From positions 135,969,646 to 136,033,330 of the forward strand of contig NC_068982.1 of assembly GCF_001194135.2 (NCBI RefSeq): a DNA stretch of 63,685 nucleotides, read 5' to 3'. Below the pieces are notes generated by a model. That model did no database searches. It saw nothing but the letters and a program-made list of their open reading frames with translations, and had not been told where the DNA came from. Position 1 is the first letter of the stretch. Every line of letters begins with the position of its first letter. This DNA is from Octopus bimaculoides (lineage: Eukaryota). Made by a program: the position numbers and the translations under genes. Of the stretch, positions 53,150 through 63,685 are shown piece by piece.

Positions 53150-54600
53150 TTGCTTAATTCAGTTTTTGTGTAAAGTGAGAAGGTGGTCTGTTTAAAAATT
53201 TATTAAAAAACAATATGTTATGAAGATGTTGCTAATCTCTTCTGAGAAGTTTTTGTCTAGTTTGTGAACGATTTCTTTAAACATTTTCAACTGACGTGCT
53301 CTTAAAGAGGCAGTTGTTATTTTTGTGGTAGTGGTAGTATTATTTCCGGTTAATTTTCGGACTTTCGGTTTTGGCTATAAATATTCTTTTACTATTGTTT
53401 ATTATATGGAGCGTTGGCAATTTTCAGTTTAATTTCGGGTTTAAAATTCTGATAAAGAAGTCTTCTCTTGGCTTTCGTAGTTTTCAACGTTTATTTTGTA
53501 AAACGAGAATATTTTAAATTTTCCATTTGGTTCTTCCTTTGTCAACTTTAATGACTATAGATGAGTCTTCTTATGATGCTTTTTTTGTTTCTCATCTGTA
53601 ATATTCTGTTTTACAGGGTTTGCTGGAATATTTGAGTTAGCAGACCTTTTCAGGCGTACATATTCCTCCAAGTGTTTGTTTGTAATTGTCGGAGGTTTAA
53701 AACCTCTTTTGTTCTGCACAAGCGATGGATCGTCGTTGTGATTGTTTTGAAAGAAGTCTCGTAGGCGAAGTTTTCTGCAAAATTCCTCGGTATCTTTTAT
53801 GTTGTGTTCGATTTAGGAGTTGGTGTGCATTTTAAATCATATTGTAGAATTTTTATTCCACCTTCCATAAGATTCTGTTGTGAGAGGCTGATTATTTTGG
53901 GGTCAGTTCGTCCAATATTTTCTCAACATTTTGTATCATTAACATTTTCTTTCGATTTTGTTTGGAGATCTTATTCCGCAAGAAACGGAGTGAGTGATTG
54001 GTACCTTATCTCTCAGTCATTCCTTTATGTCTGAAGAGATTTGCCCGGTTGTTGTACCATCTATCTTGGTATTTTGGTCTATTTTGTAGATTGTTATGTT
54101 TTAAGAAGTTTGGTTGTGTTCATTTATTTGTGTGTATTCTTCTTATTGGTGTTGTTTTCTCGTTTGTTTTTCCAATGTTGACGTTAGCATTTTTTTCATT
54201 GTCGGGGCTTCGTTTGTGAAATGAAAAAAGTAGGAGTTGTCACCCTTTGATTATTTTTCGATCTGATGGGGAAATTGATATGGACGGGGTTATGTTTCTT
54301 TTTGTTGTTGTTATCGCAAACAAAGTTTGCCTCTTCATGATTCTGAGTTTTATCATTAGTTTTCATTAATTCTTTTCCGTAATTGTGTTCGCAGCTTTGC
54401 TGCCACCGAGTTTTCCATTCACCTTCTTAGGAGGTAGACTTAATCCTTCTCCCTGTTTGACTACCATTTCGCACTTTGGGTGACTTTTAGCAGATACCAC
54501 TCTTTTGCAAGCATTCATGAAAGGTTTCCGGTTTAAGGATATCTCTCTCCTTGCCACCAGTCACAGAGGTCATGTAAAAGCACATATATAATGCCTTCCC
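53150..54600 (-). mobile_element. old Penelope-like element, N-terminal part of ORF
   Basis: Minus strand reads KCTPTP, DTEEFCRKLRLRDFF and SIVIKVDKG, which are PLE pre-RT motifs; heavily frameshifted. Confidence 0.7.
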
Positions 54601-57084
54601 GCCTGGTAAAGGCTAATCGTACTTCATATGAAAAATGGCTTTCCAAAATGTTTCTAATGTTTCATTGTTGTCTATCTTGGGTTTTTATGTTACTCTGTAT
54701 CTTGCCATAGAATTTTCGAGAATGGATTACAAACACATACTTTTGAATATACAGTTTGTTTTCCTGAATGCGTTCTTTAGAGTTTACATCTATAACAACA
54801 TAAATATTCTTGTTTTATGCATTTGAGTTCATGTAGTTTTGTTTGTTAATTGTTTCTACTGGATCTAATCATCTTATGGTATATATATATATATCTGTTA
54901 ATTTATCTATCATTGTTATATGCCGTCACCTGAGGAATTTTACTTGATTTGCTACGAAGAAGATCCATTCTCTACATTTATGTGCTTTCCTGATTATCTT
55001 TTCTATGTCAGCAACTCCTGCCTTTTGTAACAATATAATGTTTATTTAATCCCAAGCGGTTTATTATGATGAGTATGTAAGCGTATAGGAAATTGCTTAA
55101 CTGGATAATGGATTTGCTTATCACAATGTTGTGATCAGCTGTCTCCCTTTATAACACTGAAAGAATTCATTAATCTATGTTGGCTTGTAAGGGAGGGTTT
55201 CCTAAATGCATGCCTAAATTTAATGGGAAACTCAGCGGTTAGTTGTAAATATTTTAGTAAACTGTTGAGACATGTTTTGTTGGATTACCCTTTTCAGCTG
55301 CTATGGAGTATTGCCAAATTCCTAGCAGCAGCAGAGACTAGATTTGCTTTTACTAATAAGCTATGGTGACATTACTATTGTCGACATCATTGACATTTTT
55401 ATTGTTATGCCTATCGGTAACAGCATTGTCTATCCCTATTAAAGTCATTATCATTATTATTAGTATTTTGACATTCATCTTTGTCAGATCCAATGAATTT
55501 TTGTATTCAATAGGAGGTAGAAATTGTGATTTATATATCCGCTGCTCATTCTTAGTCCATGTCATATTTTACCAGTGTGAAACACCGGTCAGTTGCTTGA
55601 CATTGACGCTTTTATGATCTGGAAACAGATTCGGCGAACTTTTAGATGCATTCCAAGCTCGTTTATTATCCCATTGCTATTCGATCACTGTTGGGCGATA
55701 TTTTTCTTTGTAACAGCAGGCATTGATAACATAAGTGGCTTATCCATAGCCTGCCTTTTGATTTCTTATAGTATTTCTTCTTTCGAATCAAACACATAAA
55801 ATATACAAAATGTTTCCTTTGAGAAACTCCTTAGAAAATTTAAGAATTCAAGAAGAGCTTTGGCAATTATGTTCGGGTGGTGGGTGCATTCTGAAAAGAG
55901 ATACTACATTTTCTAGTTTGGCTCCTTAAGTTCAAAATTCAAACATTACAGAGTTCAACTTTACCTTTCATCCCTACCCAACGGGGCTGATAAAATATAG
56001 TATTGATGAAGTATAGGAAATAATAGTATCGTTTAATCTTTGCCCTCGAACCAAAACGAAAAAATTAAAAATTTACTTTAAATCAAGCATAAACCTTCTC
56101 AAATATCTTATGCACCAAAAGTATCTCTATATTCGATCGTGCATTTTAAAAGTAGCTGTTAATATTTCCTTACGGTGCCATCCATGTTTGCAACAGAAAT
56201 CTTCAATACCCAAGAATCAAATATAGATTTGCTTTATGAAATGGTTGTGTAATAATGAACAAACAAGTAACGGTGAAATTAAAGCACGTTGCTATATTGT
56301 GTTGCAAGAAATGTCATTCTATATTTAGTTAAAGTTATTATGGAATTGTTATCGCTATGTCAATAATTTGCAATTATTAATGTAACTGTTGCAAATAAAT
56401 TTAGCAGTTGTTTTTAGTATTTGGTAGAATAGAGAAAATTGCTCGTGGTTCTTTTTACAATGTGTCTGGACGTATTTTAAATGAATCCATTTTAGTTAAT
56501 TAATTATTTTAGTTAAAATCGTTAATGAGCTTGAGAAAGGAAGATTCTTAAACAATGTACAATCTTTTGCCTCAGGACTATGTTTAGAATATATATTAAT
56601 TTCTTCAGGTGCTGTGGAACTGGTAAATTGAAGAAGCAGTCTGTTTTCGATTCTTAGTGTCGTATGTTCATTGTTGTCTTTAAGAAAGTTACAAGCATTA
56701 ATATATATCCTCATTGAGGTATATAGATTTTTCATATATTAAAGAAAATTACGATGTTAAGTAGTGTATGTTAAAGACTAGGTATAAGACCACAGCATGG
56801 TAGATATTAATCACTTTTCATCTCTTGCTGCATAACACAAGAAATGAATTTTAGTAGAAACAGGAAAACTAATAAATTCCTAGCGCAATTCACCAGCAAC
56901 ATATCAAATAATATTTATGAATTTGTATGGCGCTTTCTACTGCACAGAGGTACCTTAGTGTATATTTTCTATTCCAATTTAAATTCCCTTCAAATTATAG
57001 AAATATTTACAGAGACGGTGGCCTGCTAATTCTTGGAAACCTGAACCTTAAAACTAAATTTAACGAAAGACATCATGTATTCCA

Positions 57085-57450
57085 TTAAACAATTCCACTT
57101 CGTTTCTGTCATAAACGTCAATCTCTAAACCTTTCATAGATTTTTCCCTAACCCACCCCTATCATCTTTCAAACGCGCCCGCAACCTACACGATCTACTG
57201 GTCCGTAGTACCTTCTCCTCTTCCTCCCCACCCCCACCCGGCTCCTTCCCGTGCTCCAGATCCCGCTGTCACATCTGCCCCTTCACCACCAACACGACCT
57301 CTGTCACGGTCGAACCTACACACTCTTCACATTCCACACAGTTTCACCTGCACCTCCTCCAACCTAATTTACTGCATCAAATGCAACCTATGCAACCAAC
57401 TCTACGTGGGGCAGACGGGCCGCCGGCTGGCCGACCGTTTCACCGAACAC
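57085..57450 (+). mobile_element. young GC-rich Penelope-like fragment (linker plus GIY-YIG endonuclease start)
   Basis: SSFKRARNLHDLLVRS, CSRSRCHIC and FTCTSSNLIYCIKCNLCNQLYVGQTGRRLADRFTEH; near-identical to the reverse complement of 63428-63685. Confidence 0.92.
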
Positions 57451-57459
57451 CAATTCCCA

Positions 57460-58700
57460 AATTCTCTCTACACAAATGTATGTAACGCATGAATACATAA
57501 CCGCTTTATCCACCCATTCACCCGTCATAACCAATGCAATTATGTCATTCTCAGATTTTTAAACAAATGTACAACGATGGTTTCTTCAACAATTACGCTC
57601 ACACCAAACTGCTAAAGCCTGACAGTTCAACTATTTAAAATAAAACATGCAATATACTTTAACTAATACAGATATAAATTAAGAACAAAAGAAGCAATAT
57701 GTTACTACACCTCCTTTCAATCTCAAAGTAACCCTGTCACCAAGATCCTAATTAATCAGAAAACATTACCCATATCATTTACATACCATTCTGGCTTCAA
57801 CATCCTGTTTTCAAAATTCTTTGACTCAAATTTCAGCCTAACTCCCGAGAAAATAAATCAGAAAAATGGAAAATAAAACTACTTTAAGGCAAACGCTTTA
57901 TAATGGGATTTCTGAAATTCTCAAACTTTGCCTTTTAGCAATAATTGCCTATACAAAGAAAAAAAAACATTCTTTTTTGCGAACCTAAATTCAGCGATTT
58001 CTCCTCATCGAGTTGAAACTCCATCGGAGCTAGCATCAGAATTTAGTCTACTACATCATCAAACGGTCGAAATTGTAGTATCTAACCATATTTGGATCAT
58101 AAAAATTATAATAGAATACCACAGTTCGCCACACGGGTTATCACAAACGTTCAAAGTTTAGAACCAGCGTCTATATTCTGCAATGAAACTATTCCGTTTA
58201 AGCAGCCACATCGTTACCTTCTAAATCAGAGGATTTCATTTAGCAAACGCATTAAACTTCACTCTACCCAATATAAAAGCACCAAAACAAACAAAACCAA
58301 GACGTTTTGGCTCTGCAAAGCCGATAAACGCATCACAAATACTTGAATCTGTTTGTTTAATGACAAGACCATATTTAGTCATAACATCACTGTTTACATG
58401 TACCGATCTGATACTTGTCCCTCCACGTTTCACCCCTTAATAAAGCCGTAGCTATGCCTTTATATCTTTACAACTGCACGGAGTAATACTAGACTTTGTG
58501 TCCCTCATACTTGCTCTAATGCATCTATAGGCTTCTTTATTCGTATATCTGAATCTACCTCTCAGTATTCTCCTACAATATTTATCATAGTTATATATAT
58601 AATAATATTAGGGACAAAATCCAAAATTACTGGTAAAAACTCAATTAAAATCAATTTATAAAAAAATAAATTTAAATTGAGCTTTATAGATAAAATATAT
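57460..58700 (+). mobile_element. old AT-rich Penelope-like remnant (RT C-terminus, degenerate GIY-YIG, 3' region)
   Basis: Broken frames include PISFTYHSG and QNLVYYII; PLE-like organisation ending in a fold-back. Confidence 0.45.
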
Positions 58701-58710
58701 ATTAAATATT

Positions 58711-59005
58711 TAGTTTTAGGGAAAATAACCAAGTTTCAAGAACTCATCGATGAAAATCCTCTATCACATATAGAAAAATTAATAATTAAAAGCACAATAA
58801 ATGAGTATAATATAAAGTAAAGTAAATATCATAAGATAAATATAATTAAAGATAATATAATATCATAAAAAAGATTATATCTTATGATATTTACTTTACT
58901 TTATATTATACTCATTTATTGTGCTTTTAATTATTAATTTTTCTATACGTGATAGTGGATTTTCATCGATGAGTTCTTGAAACTTGGTTATTTTCCCTAA
59001 AACTA
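58711..59005. repeat. 128-bp-arm inverted repeat (2 mismatches) with 39-bp spacer
   Basis: 58711-58838 pairs with 58878-59005. Confidence 0.95.
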
Positions 59006-59036
59006 TATATTTTATACATATATATATATATAAATA

Positions 59037-60265
59037 CACAGTATGTCCCCGAAAGATTTATCCATGATTAAAACTCTTTCTAAAACATATCAGTTCAGGT
59101 AATGTTATCTACACTTTACATAAAGATTTGCATATGTCTTTTGTTCATGTGTTTATTACTTCGTTCGCATCTAATAGGTTTGTAAACAAACATGATATCG
59201 AAAGTAAAACAACTGTAGTGAGCTAGAAGGATATAACACAACAGTTGAAGGTGTGCCGTAAAACAGTATTCATTAACTGGAAACGATATATGGAGACCGC
59301 CAATTCCTAGTAGGAAACAATTCGTACCAAACAAACTGTGGAAGCTGTGATGAACTGAATTAACCCAAAGTGAAATAAATACTGCAAGAAGTGTTGATAT
59401 TTCGAAATCGACAATTCACAAGATTTTTAAAGAGGATTTAAAACTAACTGCATACAAAAAAGGAACAGGGCAGTTAATTTCAGCAGCTTCCAAACAGAAA
59501 CATTTCGACAGGGGTACAGCCATATTAGCTGAGATGAAGCACGCCGCTAACGAAGTGCTGATCTGGTCCTATGGGATCAACACTGTGAAGGCAGTTGACA
59601 GGCTTTATGCACCTAATGCAGATTTGCTCGAAGGTAGCAGGAGTCCTTTACGCCGCCAGAAGCCATCTTCACTCATGGTGTGGGCCGCAGCTGCATCCGA
59701 TGGGTTCAAGTCTCCTTTCATCATCATCGACGCTGGGGTGAAGGTCAACAATGAAATTTATGTGGAAATTTTGGATCAGAACGTAATACCCTGGGTCACA
59801 GAAAACTTTAGTTACCATTACATCTCCATTCAAGGCGGGGCTCCGGCACACACATCCAGTTTGACACAGAGGTAGTTGAAAAAGCACATCGGCGATTTTT
59901 GGGATAAGACGAAACGGCCTCTCTTAAGTCCAGAGTCGAATCCCATGGACTTTGTTGTTTTGTTCATCTTAGAGAGTAATGCTTTTGCTCGCTCCTGTTC
60001 AAATGTGTCAGATCTAAAGAAAACCCATCCGTCTTCATGGGTCTAGCGGGATGAACAAGTGGCACAGCGCCCATGCAACTCAGTGACAACATGTTTCCAG
60101 GCTATGATCAAGGCAAATGATGATCGTTTTGAAATGTAATTACTGCAATGGATTGACGATTTACATTAGAACGTAATGTGTGCGACAAATTTCATTATCC
60201 TACCTTTAGTGTATTTTGAATAACTAAAATATACCAATGGGTAAATCTATTTGGGACACCCTGTG
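59037..60265 (+). mobile_element. full-length decayed Tc1/mariner element, DD37D (maT) family
   Basis: TIRs CACAGTATGTCCC / GGGACACCCTGTG. Motifs RRQKPSSLMVWAAA and Q(D>G)GAPAHT...SPESNPMD, with 37 residues counted between the second and third catalytic positions. Contains in-frame stops. Confidence 0.92.
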
Positions 60266-60335
60266 GTATATGTATGTATGTATGTATGTATGTAGATATG
60301 TATGTATGTAGATATGTATGTATGTGTGTATGTAT

Positions 60336-60374
<39 letters not shown>

Positions 60375-60483
60375 GCGTCGTCCGATGTGTTCAAATAGAC
60401 CCGTATATAGACAATATGTGTATGTAATAATGAATGTATGTACGTATGTATGTATGTATGTATTTATGTATGTATGTGTCTAC

Positions 60484-60521
<38 letters not shown>

Positions 60522-60524
60522 TCC

Positions 60525-60586
<62 letters not shown>

Positions 60587-61402
60587 ATATATAGTCTTTT
60601 TTATTCACTTCTTTTCTCAGACATTAGATTGCAGCTCCACTGGGTCACTGCACTGAAGTGTTATGTTGATCAAATCGCGTATTCATTTAGCTTCTAGCAT
60701 CTATTGTATAGAATCTTTGTGCAGAACCTCTAATTTTCAGAGACGTAAACAAACCCGTATCGATTGTTAAGCTGTTCGATTTAAAAAGATACCCCCCCCC
60801 CCCCCCCCCCCACCACTACACACACAAATACACACACATATATATATATGTATCTCGTGAGTGTGTGTTTGTGTGTATGTGTCGTCATTTTTTGGGTATA
60901 TACCAAATGACTGTTTCCTTTTAGTGACATACTTTCTGTCCTGCTTTCTAGCCACAGGCGCTAATTTTAATACTTTACTAAAAGAAAGAAAAAAATTATT
61001 ATTATTTACCCACTACGTAGACTCTCCTTTTCTCCCAAGTTCACAACAACAATGATTTAGTGAACAAAACATGCCTCGTAAAGCTTACGCGTATCATTGC
61101 TTTTATTTCGCCAGATTCTGTACTAAACATACTTGACAAATACCCGTCAAAGTTTCAAATTTCCAATGTTGCTGTGCTACCTCCTTGCAAGTACACTTAA
61201 CAAAACTTCTGTTGATTTACAGAGCCAGGGATATCAGACCTGTCGATGCCCCTTCCAATACTCCCGAATATTGCCCCTCCAAAATATTGCCTACACCCAC
61301 AAGACCCTTCGAACTTTCTATCTGTTCACTGATCAACTCAGGTTATGAAAAATATGGAGAAGTAAAGAAAAAAGTTTCCTCTTCAATGGAAATAAGGCAT
61401 GA

Positions 61403-61433
<31 letters not shown>

Positions 61434-61485
61434 CACACATAAATACATACATACGTACGTACATACATACATGCATACGTATATA

Positions 61486-61522
<37 letters not shown>

Positions 61523-62479
61523 NNNNNNNNNNNNNNNNNNNNNNNNNNNNNNNNNNNNNNNNNNNNNNNNNNNNNNNNNNNNNNNNNNNNNNNNNNNNNN
61601 NNNNNNNNNNNNNNNNNNNNNNNNNNNNNNNNNNNNNNNNNNNNNNNNNNNNNNNNNNNNNNNNNNNNNNNNNNNNNNNNNNNNNNNNNNNNNNNNNNNN
61701 NNNNNNNNNNNNNNNNNNNNNNNNNNNNNNNNNNNNNNNNNNNNNNNNNNNNNNNNNNNNNNNNNNNNNNNNNNNNNNNNNNNNNNNNNNNNNNNNNNNN
61801 NNNNNNNNNNNNNNNNNNNNNNNNNNNNNNNNNNNNNNNNNNNNNNNNNNNNNNNNNNNNNNNNNNNNNNNNNNNNNNNNNNNNNNNNNNNNNNNNNNNN
61901 NNNNNNNNNNNNNNNNNNNNNNNNNNNNNNNNNNNNNNNNNNNNNNNNNNNNNNNNNNNNNNNNNNNNNNNNNNNNNNNNNNNNNNNNNNNNNNNNNNNN
62001 NNNNNNNNNNNNNNNNNNNNNNNNNNNNNNNNNNNNNNNNNNNNNNNNNNNNNNNNNNNNNNNNNNNNNNNNNNNNNNNNNNNNNNNNNNNNNNNNNNNN
62101 NNNNNNNNNNNNNNNNNNNNNNNNNNNNNNNNNNNNNNNNNNNNNNNNNNNNNNNNNNNNNNNNNNNNNNNNNNNNNNNNNNNNNNNNNNNNNNNNNNNN
62201 NNNNNNNNNNNNNNNNNNNNNNNNNNNNNNNNNNNNNNNNNNNNNNNNNNNNNNNNNNNNNNNNNNNNNNNNNNNNNNNNNNNNNNNNNNNNNNNNNNNN
62301 NNNNNNNNNNNNNNNNNNNNNNNNNNNNNNNNNNNNNNNNNNNNNNNNNNNNNNNNNNNNNNNNNNNNNNNNNNNNNNNNNNNNNNNNNNNNNNNNNNNN
62401 NNNNNNNNNNNNNNNNNNNNNNNNNNNNNNNNNNNNNNNNNNNNNNNNNNNNNNNNNNNNNNNNNNNNNNNNNNNNNNN

Positions 62480-63150
62480 GTGTCCGTGTGCGTGTGTGTG
62501 TGCGTGTGTGTGCGTGTGTATATTTTTTGTGCGTGCGTGTATGTGTATATTGTGTATGTTTTCGTGCGTGCGTGTGTGTTGGGTATGTGAGTGAGTATTG
62601 TGTATGTGAGAGGTGTGCGTGCGTGTGTGCATGTGTGTTTATGTGTATGGGTGTACGTGTATGTGTGTATATGTGTGTGTATATGTGTGTGTTTGTGTAT
62701 GTGAGAGGTGTGTGTGTCTGTGTGTGTTTATGTGTGTGTGCGTGCGTATGTGTGTGAGAGCGTAAGGATGTGTGCCAGGTATGTGTGTTATTTTGTGTGT
62801 GCACTCCTGTGTGTGTGTGTGTGTATGTGTGCATGTGTATGCGGCTCTGTATGTACGTGTATGTAGGCGTGCGCGTATATATGGGTGTGTGTGTGTGTGT
62901 GTGTATAGGGCTGTGTAAGGTGTGTGTCTCTACCACTGTGCGTGTGTGTNNNNNNNNNNTGTGTGTATAGGGCTGTGTAAGGTGTGTGTCTCTACCACTG
63001 TGCGTGTGTGTGTGTATATATGTGCGTTCGTCTATATGTGTGTGTGAGGGCGCGCATGTATCTTTGTCATGTGTGTCGGCGGTATATATGTAAGGTGTGT
63101 GGGAGGTGTGTGTGTTAGGTGTATGGGAGGTATGTCAGGCATGTGTGAAT
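62480..63150. repeat. degenerate (GT)-rich simple repeat flanking gaps
   Basis: Direct inspection. Confidence 0.9.
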
Positions 63151-63159
63151 GGGGGTATG

Positions 63160-63685
63160 TATGGGTTGTCATATATAATAATAAATAAAGAAAAGTGTTG
63201 CATTGTCGTAAAGGGGAGAGTCATAAGGAGGAGGGTGCTGTGTTGAGTCCGAAGGGGAAAGATAATCTAAGGTTAATAATATAGGGCTGCTCCAAGTGGA
63301 GTCGCGAGGGTGTGGACCCATGGTGCAGAGCGAGGCCAAAAACGGAGATGTCAGAGGGGGAGTGGTTGGCCAAGTGGAAGTGACGGGCGACGGGGGAGTC
63401 CGAACCTAGCCGAACGTCCCTTAGGTGTTCGGTGAAACGGTCGGCCAGCCGGCGGCCCGTCTGCCCCACGTAGAGTTGGTTGCATAGGTTGCATTTGATG
63501 CAGTAAATTAGGTTGGAGGAGGTGCAGGTGAAACTGTGTGGAATGTGAAGAGTGTGTAGGTTCGACCCTGTGACAGAGGTCGTGTTGGTGGTGAAGGGGC
63601 AGATGTGACAGCGGGATCTGGAGCACGGGAAGGAGCCGGGTGGGGGTGGGGAGGAAGAGGAGAAGGTACTACGGACCAGTAGATC
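63160..63685 (-). mobile_element. young Penelope-like element 3' part (complete GIY-YIG domain to stop), runs off the window end
   Basis: NLIYCIKCNLCNQLYVGQTGRRLADRFTEHLRDVR...HF...H...GLN; the ORF ends near 63221. Confidence 0.93.

Noticed and set aside
61343-62936. Longest ORFs in the track (369-517 aa), and similar ones at 13269, 23390, 24771, 33452 and 42760
   Set aside because: They are open only because they run through N gaps and dinucleotide repeats.

Overview
This is AT-rich, repeat-dominated eukaryotic DNA from a gapped draft assembly (11 N-runs). The tRNA-headed SINE families and microsatellite load resemble coleoid cephalopod DNA, probably Octopus; this is inferred from family resemblance and was not searched. 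No intact host gene, rRNA, bona fide tRNA, CRISPR or other prokaryotic feature can be supported, and most ORF-track entries are microsatellite or N-gap artefacts. Retroelements recognised: a 5'-truncated R4/Dong-type RLE LINE sitting in (TAA)n, L1/Tx1-type ORF2 fragments, a gag-knuckle ORF1-like remnant, several Penelope-like element (PLE) remnants, and many copies of at least five tRNA-derived SINE families. DNA transposons recognised: two hAT remnants, a DD37D (maT) Tc1/mariner, and MITEs. Two phase-compatible candidate minus-strand exons (49999-50169 and 6533-6704) suggest the window may be mostly intron of one large gene. The most interesting signal is a recurring set of minimal hammerhead-ribozyme-like cores (CUGANGA...GAAA, with a palindromic stem III remnant). 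They occur in several unrelated repeat families, including inside a tRNA-Ser-like-headed SINE, alongside several fold-back hairpins. Activity of these motifs is untested and most copies are degenerate.
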